A program made the position numbers and the translations under genes. Positions 27,469-36,014 of a DNA stretch of 64,000 nt are shown piece after piece. Positions within the stretch are counted from its first letter, which is position 1; each line of letters starts with the position of its first letter. The notes beneath the pieces are model-generated. The model was not told the DNA's origin. It saw only the letters and a program-made list of their open reading frames with translations, and did not search any database. Origin of the DNA: an uncultured Desulfobacterales bacterium (GTDB taxonomy: Bacteria; Myxococcota_A; UBA9160; JAFDET01); contig CAXMOD010000074.1 of the NCBI GenBank assembly GCA_964194905.1, positions 3,940 to 67,939 on the forward strand, written 5' to 3'.

Positions 27469-28344
27469 GTGGGACGCCTCCGAGATACGTCGACCCGCCT
27501 GGGACGGGTGCTGGAGCTGGCCGAGCGCCTGTTGGAAAGGCGCGTGGGCTCAACACCTCGGCCGGAGTTCTTCGAGCGGCACTTGGCCTTTCGCTGGGAG
27601 GCCGGGCCCGAGGGCGGCTGGCTCGTGCCCATCCGCACGCCGCAGCACTTCGATCTGGAGGATCTGGTGGGCGTGGATCTCTCGCTGGAGCGCCTGGTGC
27701 GCAACACCGAGCAGTTCGTGCGCGGCCTGCCCTCGAACCACGTGCTGCTCCATGGCGAGCGCGGCACGGGCAAGTCCTCTGCCGTGCGCGGTCTCCTCTC
27801 GCGGTTCGCCGGCCACGGCCTGCGCGTGGTGGAGGTGCACAAGCAGGACCTGATGCATCTGCCGCGCATCCTCGACTCGCTGCGGGAGGCATCCTTGCGC
27901 TTCGTACTCTACTGCGACGATCTCTCCTTCGACGCGGGAGAGCCCGGCTACCGCGAGCTGAAGGCTGCGATGGAGGGGAGCTTCCAGGCGCCGCCCGAGA
28001 ACGTGCGCATCATCGCCACCAGCAACCGCCGCCATCTCCTGCCGGAGTCGCCGAGCGACGCCGACGCGCGCCTCGACGAGCACGGCGACCTGCATCTGGG
28101 CGAGGTCGTGGACGAGAAGCTGGCGCTCTCTGACCGCTTCGGTCTGATGCTCGGCTTCTACGGCTTCGACCAGGACACCTATCTCGACATCGTGCGCCGC
28201 TACGCGGAGAAGGCCGGCCTCGACGCGCCCTGGGAGGAGGTGCGCGCGGCCGCCCTCACCTGGAGCGTGCGCCGAGCCAGCCGCTCGGGCAGGACCGCCC
28301 GCCAGTTCGTAGATGACTTCACCGGCTCCCGCGCCCTCGATTGA
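27469..28344 (+). CDS. DUF815-type AAA-like ATPase
   Basis: Walker A LHGERGTGKSS, Walker B-like VLYCDDLSF, ATSNRRHLLPE. The GTG at 27469 is in frame with track ORF 27373..28344 and is the first start that does not overlap the divergent gene. Confidence 0.75.
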   Translation: MGRLRDTSTRLGRVLELAERLLERRVGSTPRPEFFERHLAFRWEAGPEGGWLVPIRTPQHFDLEDLVGVDLSLERLVRNTEQFVRGLPSNHVLLHGERGTGKSSAVRGLLSRFAGHGLRVVEVHKQDLMHLPRILDSLREASLRFVLYCDDLSFDAGEPGYRELKAAMEGSFQAPPENVRIIATSNRRHLLPESPSDADARLDEHGDLHLGEVVDEKLALSDRFGLMLGFYGFDQDTYLDIVRRYAEKAGLDAPWEEVRAAALTWSVRRASRSGRTARQFVDDFTGSRALD

Positions 28345-28376
28345 TCGACGGGAGGAACGTCCCCTCGGTCGACGGG

Positions 28377-29504
28377 TCAGCCGCAGACTTCGGTGAGGAC
28401 GCGGATGGCGTTGGCGCCCAGGAACTTCTGCACGACCTGGGGTGAGTGGCCGCGGGCCAGCAGCTCTTCGGTGACGCGAGGTAGCCCCGTCACGTCGCCG
28501 AGGCCCTCCACCGGCACGATGGCACCGTCCCAGTCGCTGCCCAGCGCGATGCACTCGGCGCCCCCCACGTTCAGCGCGTGCTCGATGTGGTCGACGAAGC
28601 CCGCTACCCCCGGTCGCCCGACGAAGCTCCGAGCCAGGCACAGGCCGATCACGCCGCCACGGTCCGCGACGCGGCGGATGTGGTCATCCTCCAGATTGCG
28701 CCGCATGTCGAGGAGCGCGCGGCAGGCGGTGTGGCTCACCACGAAGGGGCGGGTGATCCGTTCGAGTGCCTCGTCCACGCCCGCGTAGTTCACGTGGGCC
28801 AGGTCCACCACCATGCCGAGCCGCTCCATCTCGCCGAGGAGTTCGCGGCCGAAGTCGGTGAGTCCGCGCCCGTCGAATTCCGCCACGGTCATGGGATAGG
28901 CGGCGGACGATGCCTGGAAGTGCGTGAGGCCGATCATGCGCAGGCCGCGTTCGTAGGCCCGGCCGACGTTGGCCATGTCGCTCTCGATGCCGTGGCTTCC
29001 TTCGAGGCCCGGAATGCCGGCGAACCTGCCCTGAGCTACGGCTTCGCGGATCTGCGTTCCCGTGGTGCAGAAGGCGACCTGCTCCGGGTAGCGGCGCGCG
29101 GTCTCGGCCCACAGGTCGAGGGTGAGGAGCGTTTGCTCGATGCCCTTCTCGTCTTCCAGGGCCGCGAGGAGTCGCAACAGCGCCATCAGCTCCTCGCGCA
29201 CCTCGCGCGGGTTGATGACCAGGCCCATCACCGCGGCGTCGAGGCCGCCCTCCCGCGCTCGGGGTACGTCCATGTGCCAGCTGAACGGCGAAGAGGGCAG
29301 CCGGTTCGTGTGGCGCGCGGTGATGTCGTAGCCCGCAAAGCGCATGGAGAGCAGCGTGTCGAGGTGGAGGTCGATCACCAGGCTCTCGCGGTGCAGCGCG
29401 GCGACCTCATCGGGGACCACGGCGGCCTCCGGGCCGCAGCCGGTTGCCCAGGCCGCGCTCGCGGCGAGGCCAGTCTGGAGGAAGCGGCGTCGGGTGATCG
29501 GCAT
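28377..29504 (-). CDS. Membrane (renal-type) dipeptidase, peptidase family M19, with Tat signal
   Basis: 375 aa. N-terminus MPITRRRFLQTGLAASAAWATGC. M19 motifs IDLHLDTL, GLTHFQASS, VDLAHV, VVSHTACR. Confidence 0.88.
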   Translation of the reverse strand: MPITRRRFLQTGLAASAAWATGCGPEAAVVPDEVAALHRESLVIDLHLDTLLSMRFAGYDITARHTNRLPSSPFSWHMDVPRAREGGLDAAVMGLVINPREVREELMALLRLLAALEDEKGIEQTLLTLDLWAETARRYPEQVAFCTTGTQIREAVAQGRFAGIPGLEGSHGIESDMANVGRAYERGLRMIGLTHFQASSAAYPMTVAEFDGRGLTDFGRELLGEMERLGMVVDLAHVNYAGVDEALERITRPFVVSHTACRALLDMRRNLEDDHIRRVADRGGVIGLCLARSFVGRPGVAGFVDHIEHALNVGGAECIALGSDWDGAIVPVEGLGDVTGLPRVTEELLARGHSPQVVQKFLGANAIRVLTEVCG

Positions 29505-29557
29505 GGCGGGATTCTACCGGCTGCCGGCGGGGAATCGGCGGTAGACTCGGCCGACCT

Positions 29558-31009
29558 GTGAACGGCGCAGTGGCTACCGGACATGAGAAGACCAGCGAGG
29601 CGGCCGTGGCCGTGCTGGCGGGCGGCGGCAACGCCTTCGATGGGGTGGTGGCGGCGGGCTTCGCGGCCGCGGTCGCCGAGCCGGGCTTCACCAGCCTGGG
29701 TGGAGGCGGATTCCTGCTGGCGCGCACGGCAGCGGGCGAAGCGGTGCTCTTCGACTTCTTCGTGGACACCCCGGGCATGGGGTCGGGCGAAGCTGAGGGC
29801 GAACCCCACTTCCTGCCCGTCACCATCGCCTTTCCCGCCTCGGACCAGGTCTTCAACGTGGGACGCGGCTCCGTGGCGGTGCCCGGGGTGTTGGCCGGGC
29901 TGCTGCACGTGCACGAGCGCCTGGGGCGGCTCTCCCTTGCCGACGTGCTCGCGCCGGCCATCGCGCTGGCGCGGGGCGGCGTGGTGGTGAGTGACCTCCA
30001 GGCCTACGTGCTGGGGCTGCTCGCTCCGATCATGGGGCTTTCGGAGGATGGCCGTCGCCTCTACGCGCCGGGCGGGCGCGGTCCGCGCGAGGGTGAACGG
30101 CTGCGCAACCCGGAGCTGGCGGACTTCCTCGAGCGGCTCCCCGACGACCGCGGCCGCCGCTTCTACGAGGACGAGCCGGCGCGGCGCATCGTCGCCGACA
30201 TGCACGCCGGCCAAGGCCTCGTCACCGAGGAAGACCTGGCCGGCTACCGGGTGATCGAGCGCGAGCCGTTGCGCGCGGGGTACCGCGGCCACGAGCTGCT
30301 CACCAATCCAGCGCCGTCCCTGGGCGGTGGTCTGGTGGCCTTCGGTCTGGAGGGCCTCGCCACCCACGAGCTCGCCCGCGCGGACGGTCCCGAGCACGTG
30401 CGGTCGCTCGGCGAAGTGCTGCAGTCGATGGAGGAGCGCCACTCGGAGCCCGGGCCCGTCTTCCGGCGCGGAACCACCCACGCCAGTGTGGCCGACGCCG
30501 AGGGCAACGTCGCCAGCATGACGACGAGCAACGGCGAGGGCTCCGGCTACGTGGTTCCCGGCGTCGGCATCATGCTGAACAACATGCTGGGCGAGGACGA
30601 CCTGCAACCCGACGGCTTCCACAGTGCGGCTTCCGGGCAGCGCGTGGGCTCGATGATGTCGCCTTCGCTGGTGCTGCGGGGCGGCGACGTGCGGCTCGTG
30701 CTGGGAAGCGGTGGCAGCAAGCGCATCCGCACGGCGGTGCTCCAGGTTGCCAGCCGCGTGGTGGACTTCGACTCGGAGCTGGGCGCCGCGGTGCGCGCGC
30801 CGCGTCTGCACTGGGATGGGGAGCTGCTCCAGGTGGAGCCCGGACTGCCGAGCGAGGCGCTGGCGGCGCTGCACGAGCGCTGGCCGATCAACCTCTGGCC
30901 TGCGCCCAATCTCTACTTCGGCGGGGTTCACGCGGTCGCGCCTCGGACGGGTGACGCGGCGGGGGACCCACGGCGCGGCGGCGACGCGCGTCGCGTCTCG
31001 TCACGTTGA
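29558..31009 (+). CDS. Gamma-glutamyltransferase-family protein (no signal peptide seen)
   Basis: 483 aa, GTG start. Catalytic-Thr region GTTHASVADAEGNVASMTTSNG, GIMLNNMLGEDD and a C-terminal GGVHAV..GDPRRGG. Confidence 0.88.
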   Translation: MNGAVATGHEKTSEAAVAVLAGGGNAFDGVVAAGFAAAVAEPGFTSLGGGGFLLARTAAGEAVLFDFFVDTPGMGSGEAEGEPHFLPVTIAFPASDQVFNVGRGSVAVPGVLAGLLHVHERLGRLSLADVLAPAIALARGGVVVSDLQAYVLGLLAPIMGLSEDGRRLYAPGGRGPREGERLRNPELADFLERLPDDRGRRFYEDEPARRIVADMHAGQGLVTEEDLAGYRVIEREPLRAGYRGHELLTNPAPSLGGGLVAFGLEGLATHELARADGPEHVRSLGEVLQSMEERHSEPGPVFRRGTTHASVADAEGNVASMTTSNGEGSGYVVPGVGIMLNNMLGEDDLQPDGFHSAASGQRVGSMMSPSLVLRGGDVRLVLGSGGSKRIRTAVLQVASRVVDFDSELGAAVRAPRLHWDGELLQVEPGLPSEALAALHERWPINLWPAPNLYFGGVHAVAPRTGDAAGDPRRGGDARRVSSR

Positions 31010-31886
31010 GGCCCGCCAGCAGCAGGATGCCCGAGGCGACCAGCAGGCCGGTGTTCGGCTCGGGCAGCAGGAATTGCGGCACCAGCCAACCGATGTCGGC
31101 GAAGCCGGCGTAGTCCAGGGCGGTGAGCATCTTGCGCGAACCCGGGTCGACGATCGGGTCCATGGCCGGCTCGGGGACGCCCGCGAGGTTGTCTTCCCAG
31201 TGGGCCTGGTCGGGATCGAGCGGGACGTTGGAGCCGTAGATGTTCACTGACTGCGCTCCGTCGAACTCGTCGGGCGTGCCGAAGTTGATCTGCGCCTGCC
31301 AGGCGCCGGACGCGCCGATGCCCATGATGTGGCCGAGCTCGTGCACCGCCAACGAGAGGAAGTCCACCTCGTCGAAGGCCGGCAGCCCGGCGGTGAGGTT
31401 CCAGTTGGTGGTGGTGTCGAAGGAGACGTAGCCGCCCCACGGCCCGTAGTCGGTGTTGGTCGGCTCTCCGCTCTGCCCGCGGAAGTCCACGGTGTCGACC
31501 CAGTTCGGATCGGTGAAGCCGATGCTCCACCCGCCCGGCCCGGCCTGGCCGGCAATCATTCCGCCGAGCTCCATGGCGCCCACGTAGATGACGAGCGTGT
31601 CCTCGGGGACGACGAGCCCCGGAATGGTCAGGGGGCTGGCACCGGTGGTGGGGTTCGTGGTGATTGCCGACCAGGTGTTGCCCGGCGCGAAGTCGGCTTC
31701 GTCGATGCGCAGGAGGTTGTCGGTGAAGGGCGTGAACTCGGCAGCCGCGGTGTCGAGCAGCGCCTGCACGCCGGGGTCGTCGATGAACGTGCCCCCGGCG
31801 TACGTGTAATCGAACTGAAAGTTGATCGCGCCGGCCGCGGGCACGTGGAGCAGCAGCGCCGCCGCGAGGGCCATCAGACGGTTCAT
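30888..31886 (-). CDS. Secreted HExxH zinc-metalloprotease-like protein with PEP-CTERM sorting signal
   Basis: Signal peptide MNRLMALAAALLLHVPAAGA (ATG 31886). AVHELGHIMG. C-terminal LPEPNTGLLVASGILLLAGL..RRDARRRR is a PEP-CTERM pattern. The ORF runs 28 further codons and overlaps the 3' end of the convergent GGT-family gene by 122 nt. Confidence 0.75.
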   Translation of the reverse strand: MNRLMALAAALLLHVPAAGAINFQFDYTYAGGTFIDDPGVQALLDTAAAEFTPFTDNLLRIDEADFAPGNTWSAITTNPTTGASPLTIPGLVVPEDTLVIYVGAMELGGMIAGQAGPGGWSIGFTDPNWVDTVDFRGQSGEPTNTDYGPWGGYVSFDTTTNWNLTAGLPAFDEVDFLSLAVHELGHIMGIGASGAWQAQINFGTPDEFDGAQSVNIYGSNVPLDPDQAHWEDNLAGVPEPAMDPIVDPGSRKMLTALDYAGFADIGWLVPQFLLPEPNTGLLVASGILLLAGLNVTRRDARRRRAVGPPPRHPSEARPREPRRSRDWAQARG

Positions 31887-32059
31887 GCGGTTCCCCCAGC
31901 CGGTCTTATCGGGCGGCAACTCGGGATCCTGAGGGCGCAGCTGGAATGCAACGGGCCGGCAGCTCCTTAGGCGAGGGGATTTGGCTACAGTCCGTGAGCC
32001 ATCAGATCGCTATCTTCCCGTCTTCCGCGGTGAAACGGTCTTCGGAGGGGAACTCGCCC

Positions 32060-32929
32060 TTGCACCACGGTCCCCGACGGGTGCTCCTGGCAGCACTGGT
32101 GCTGCTGGTGGCTGCGCCGGCCTCGGCGTTCTCGGAGCGCGCGCTCGACTTCGCGCCGCGCGTGCCCGCCGGCGATGCGCTGCAGTACGTGGCGCTGGCG
32201 GAAGTACTGCCGGCGACGCCGGCCGTCTCCGATCCCTATGCGGCGGACGCGGACCTCTACGCCGACGAGGAAGACTGGACCAACCCCGACCTCGCGGCGC
32301 CGGCGGAGCCCGATCCGTTCGAAGGGGCCAACCGACGGCTGCTCATGTTCAACAACGGTGTCGATCGCTTCCTGCTCGATCCGGCGTCGAAGGTTTACGG
32401 CTTCGTCATGCCGGACCCGGCGGAGCGTGCGCTGCTGCGCGCGTTCACGAACCTCAACTCGCCCGCAGTCTTCATAAACGACGTGTTCCAGCTCGAGTTC
32501 AAGCGCGCGGGCGTCACGCTCTCGCGCTTCGTCGTCAACTCCACCGTCGGAGTCGCGGGCCTGTTCGACGTGGCAGGGAAGCTGGGGATGGAGGGGCATA
32601 CCTCGGACTTCGGCCAGACGATGGCGCGTCTCGGCATCGGCAGCGGTCCGTACGTGGTGATCCCGCTACTCGGCCCGTCCACCGCGCGCGACGCCGTCGG
32701 CCTCGGCGTGGACCTCTTCTTCCGTCCCCTCTTCTATCTGATCGGGCCGTTCGAGTTCCTCATCGTCGGCACGAGCAACGGCTTCGTCGTCCGCTCGTCC
32801 TACGCAGACGAGATGGAGGCGCTTCGCGAAGGGTCGGTGGACTACTACGCGGCGCTGCGCAACGCGTACTTCCAGCGTCGCGCCGAGCAGCTCCGCGAGG
32901 TGGGCGTCGCGACACCCGGTGGCGACTAG
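32060..32929 (+). CDS. mlaA: MlaA/VacJ-family outer-membrane lipoprotein
   Basis: The TTG at 32060 lies 9 nt after GGAGGGG, in frame with track ORF 31946..32929. VacJ core: DPFEGANRRLLMFNN..NLNSPAVFINDVFQ..NSTVGVAGLFDVA..DFGQT...GPYVVIPLLGPST. Confidence 0.85.
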   Translation: MHHGPRRVLLAALVLLVAAPASAFSERALDFAPRVPAGDALQYVALAEVLPATPAVSDPYAADADLYADEEDWTNPDLAAPAEPDPFEGANRRLLMFNNGVDRFLLDPASKVYGFVMPDPAERALLRAFTNLNSPAVFINDVFQLEFKRAGVTLSRFVVNSTVGVAGLFDVAGKLGMEGHTSDFGQTMARLGIGSGPYVVIPLLGPSTARDAVGLGVDLFFRPLFYLIGPFEFLIVGTSNGFVVRSSYADEMEALREGSVDYYAALRNAYFQRRAEQLREVGVATPGGD

Positions 32930-33571
32930 CTAGCCCTCGCTGAGGTCGGTGATCTTCTTGTCGAGTGCCTCGACCAGGGCCGGGAAACCCTCGCGCCGCA
33001 GCATCGCCGAGTACTCGGAGCGGCGCATCGCCAGCTCGCTGATCGTCCCGTTCATGTAGACGTCGATGATCCGCCAGCCGTTCTCGGACGTCTGGTGCAG
33101 GCGGTAGTCGAGGGCCACGTCCTCGTCGTCCGGGCGAACGATCCGCGTGCGCACCAGCATGGTCTCGTGGACGCCCGGTTCGAAGCCCAGGGTCTCGAAC
33201 TCCTCACCCGTCCAACCGGTGAAGCGCCCGGCGTAGTTGGCCACCGTGAGTCCCCCGAAGAGATCGAGGAAGCGGGTCCGGTCTTCCTCGCTCAGCTCCT
33301 TCCAGTGGCGCCCCACCGACTTGCGCGCCATGAACCCCAGGTTGTAGGCGTTGTTCACGGCCGGCTCGAGTCTGTGCACCCGCCCGCTGTAACCGAGCGT
33401 CTCGGCGTTCTTCATGACATCGAGAAGCACCCCGTGCAGGCGCTCCACGCACGCGGCAGCTTCCATCGCGCCCCCGGCGACCGGGGTCACTTCGGCGGGG
33501 GCCTCTGAGATCGGCAGCGCGACGAACAGCACCAGCGGGAGGCACACCAAGAGCGCGCGGGCGGAAGCCAT
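32930..33571 (-). CDS. mlaC: MlaC/Ttg2D-family periplasmic phospholipid-binding protein
   Basis: 213 aa with a signal peptide. Family pattern FMARKSVGRHWKELSEEDRTRF..LFGGLTVANYAGRF.. and WRIIDVYMNGTISELAMRRSEY. Confidence 0.8.
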   Translation of the reverse strand: MASARALLVCLPLVLFVALPISEAPAEVTPVAGGAMEAAACVERLHGVLLDVMKNAETLGYSGRVHRLEPAVNNAYNLGFMARKSVGRHWKELSEEDRTRFLDLFGGLTVANYAGRFTGWTGEEFETLGFEPGVHETMLVRTRIVRPDDEDVALDYRLHQTSENGWRIIDVYMNGTISELAMRRSEYSAMLRREGFPALVEALDKKITDLSEG

Positions 33572-33623
33572 CGAGTCCTCTCAGGGGGGATTTGACGCGG
33601 CCGCAGTGTAGCGCTTCGCGGGC

Positions 33624-34490
33624 TCAGTCCTCGCCCAATACGAACCCACACACGGCCCGGTTGAAACCCTCAGGATTCTCGACCATGAGAGCATGCGCCG
33701 CCTGAGACACCACCGCCAGGGTCCCGTCCGCCAGCACCTCGTCCACCATGCGGTCGGCGGTCTCCGGGGAGAGCACGTCGGATGCCGCCCCCCGCACCAC
33801 GAGGGTCGGGCACGGGATCTTCGCCAGCGCGTCCCAAAGCTCGTCGGATTCCCCCTGCGTGGCCTTCGCCATTTCGTCCGGCGAGGCGTCTTGGGTGACC
33901 CCGCGGCGGAAGAACGGGTCGAGTTTGGGTTCGAAGCGCCCGTCGGGCCGCTCGCGCAGCGCCTGGCGTGCCTGGCGCGAGATCACCTCCGGCGAGGCCA
34001 TGGGCAGGGCGCGCGCCAGGTGTCCTTCGAACTCGGGCACCGATGCAAAGGAGTCGGGTGCGCGCGCCGCGTCGTCGCGGATCTTCAGCACGCCGCGCCA
34101 GTCGAGGTCGGGACCCGCGTCCACGATGACGAGGCCCGCCATGCGCTCGGCGTGGCGCGCGGCGAAGCGAATCGCGGTGCGGCCGCCCAGGGAATGGCCC
34201 ACCACCACCAGGCGCTCGATACCCAGGTGCTCGAGCATCGCTTCCACGTCCGCGACCAGCGAGTCGTAGCCGTAGCGTCCCTCGGGGTCGCGATCCGAGT
34301 CGCCGTGGCCGCGGTGGTCCATGGCCAGCACGCGGTAGTGGGGCGCCACCAGCGGAGCGAAGTCGTCCCACACGTGGGCCTCGTTGCCGAAGCCGTGCAA
34401 GAGCAGCATCGGAACGCCCTCGTGGCTCCACTCGAGCAGGTTGACCGAGAGGCCGTCGGTGGCGGGGATGCGGCGTGCGACCGGTTCCAT
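33624..34490 (-). CDS. Alpha/beta hydrolase
   Basis: Starts at the ATG at 34490 within track ORF 33624..34613. LLLHGFGNEAHVWD, nucleophile elbow GHSLGG, C-terminal SQAAHALMVENPE. Confidence 0.85.
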   Translation of the reverse strand: MEPVARRIPATDGLSVNLLEWSHEGVPMLLLHGFGNEAHVWDDFAPLVAPHYRVLAMDHRGHGDSDRDPEGRYGYDSLVADVEAMLEHLGIERLVVVGHSLGGRTAIRFAARHAERMAGLVIVDAGPDLDWRGVLKIRDDAARAPDSFASVPEFEGHLARALPMASPEVISRQARQALRERPDGRFEPKLDPFFRRGVTQDASPDEMAKATQGESDELWDALAKIPCPTLVVRGAASDVLSPETADRMVDEVLADGTLAVVSQAAHALMVENPEGFNRAVCGFVLGED

Positions 34491-34530
34491 CGGCGCCAGA
34501 TCGTACCCGAATCGGATACCCTGCGCGGCG

Positions 34531-35931
34531 ATGGCCGATCGCGACGCCGCCCTGGCCGCCTTGGAGCGCGACTTCGACCGCGCGGTAGCCGAGTTGGTCG
34601 AGCTCTCGCGCATCCCCGGGGTCTCGGCCGCCGGCTTCGAGCCCGCCGAGGTTGAGCGTTCCGCCGAGCACGTGGCGACGCTGTTGCGCGAGGCCGGGCT
34701 CGACGGCGTGGAGATCCTGCGCGTGGACGGCGCGCACCCGTACGTCGTGGCCGAGTGGTGCCGCGCCGGCCCCGACGCGCCGACTGCGCTCGTCTACGCC
34801 CACCACGACGTGCAGCCCCCCGGCCGCCTCGACCACTGGGAGACGCCGGCCTTCGAGCCCACCGTGCGCGCCGACGGGCGCCTCTACGGACGTGGCGTCG
34901 TGGACGACAAGGCCGGTTTCATGCTTCACCTGGCAGCCCTGCGCGCGTGGCTCGCTGGGACCGACGGGTTGCCGCTGAATGTGAAGGTGCTGGTGGAAGG
35001 CGAAGAGGAGATCGGCTCGCGCCACCTCGAGGCGTTCCTGCGCGCGCATCGCGAGCGGCTCGGCGCCGACGTGCTGGTGCTGTCGGACACCGCGAACCTG
35101 GCAACCGGCCTGCCGTCGCTCACGACGAGCTTGCGAGGGCTGGTGGCGGTGGACGTCACAGTGCGCGCACTCGACCACCCGCTGCACAGCGGCATGTGGG
35201 GCGGTCCGGCGCCCGACGCGGCCACCGCGCTCACGGTGCTGCTCGCTCGGCTGGTCGCGCCCGACGGATCGATCGCCGTGCCGGGCCTCTACGACGACGT
35301 GCCCGCGCTCTCGGGCGACGAGCGCGCGCAGCTCGCCGCGCTGCCGTTCGACGAGGCGGCGTTTCGTGCGGACGGTGGGTTTCTCGCCGGCTCCGCACTG
35401 GCGGGCGAGGCCCCGCACTCGGTGTACGAGCGCATGTGGTACCGGCCGGCGCTCGCGCTCACCGCGCTCGAGGGCATGCCGATGGAGGGTGCGGCCAACC
35501 AGCTCATGGCCGAAGCCCGCGCGCGCGTGGGCTTGCGACTTCCGCCCGGCCAGGACGCGGAGCGGGTGCGCGACCTCGTGGTCGCGTTCCTCGAGCGCGA
35601 TCCGCCGTGGGGCGTGCGCGTAGGAACCCGCTGCGAGGTGGCGGTCCCCGGCTGGCGCACGCGCAGCGAGGGCCCGGCCTTCGACGCCGCGCGGCGCGCT
35701 CTCGGCGCCGGCTTCGGAGTCGATCCGGTGGACATCGGCTGCGGCGGATCGATCCCCTTCGTCGGCCCCTTCGTCGAAGTGCTCTCGGGCGCACCTGCGC
35801 TGCTGCTGGGCCTCGAAGACCCGCCCTGCAACGCCCACGGCGAGAACGAGAGCCTCGACCTGGACGACTTCCGCAAGGCCGCGCGGGCGTCCGTGCATTT
35901 GTGGGAGGAGCTGCGCGAAGCCCTCGCGTAG
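34531..35931 (+). CDS. M20-family dipeptidase (ArgE/DapE/ACY1/CPG2 family)
   Basis: The ATG at 34531 is in frame with track ORF 34384..35931. Motifs YAHHDVQPPG, GRGVVDDKAG, EGEEEIGS. Confidence 0.88.
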   Translation: MADRDAALAALERDFDRAVAELVELSRIPGVSAAGFEPAEVERSAEHVATLLREAGLDGVEILRVDGAHPYVVAEWCRAGPDAPTALVYAHHDVQPPGRLDHWETPAFEPTVRADGRLYGRGVVDDKAGFMLHLAALRAWLAGTDGLPLNVKVLVEGEEEIGSRHLEAFLRAHRERLGADVLVLSDTANLATGLPSLTTSLRGLVAVDVTVRALDHPLHSGMWGGPAPDAATALTVLLARLVAPDGSIAVPGLYDDVPALSGDERAQLAALPFDEAAFRADGGFLAGSALAGEAPHSVYERMWYRPALALTALEGMPMEGAANQLMAEARARVGLRLPPGQDAERVRDLVVAFLERDPPWGVRVGTRCEVAVPGWRTRSEGPAFDAARRALGAGFGVDPVDIGCGGSIPFVGPFVEVLSGAPALLLGLEDPPCNAHGENESLDLDDFRKAARASVHLWEELREALA

Positions 35932-36014
35932 CCGCGTCTTCGCATCCGCGAATCCGGGACCCCGGAACACCGCTCGGGTTTCGCTAACTTCGAAGCTCGC
36001 AAGGAGACCCCCTG

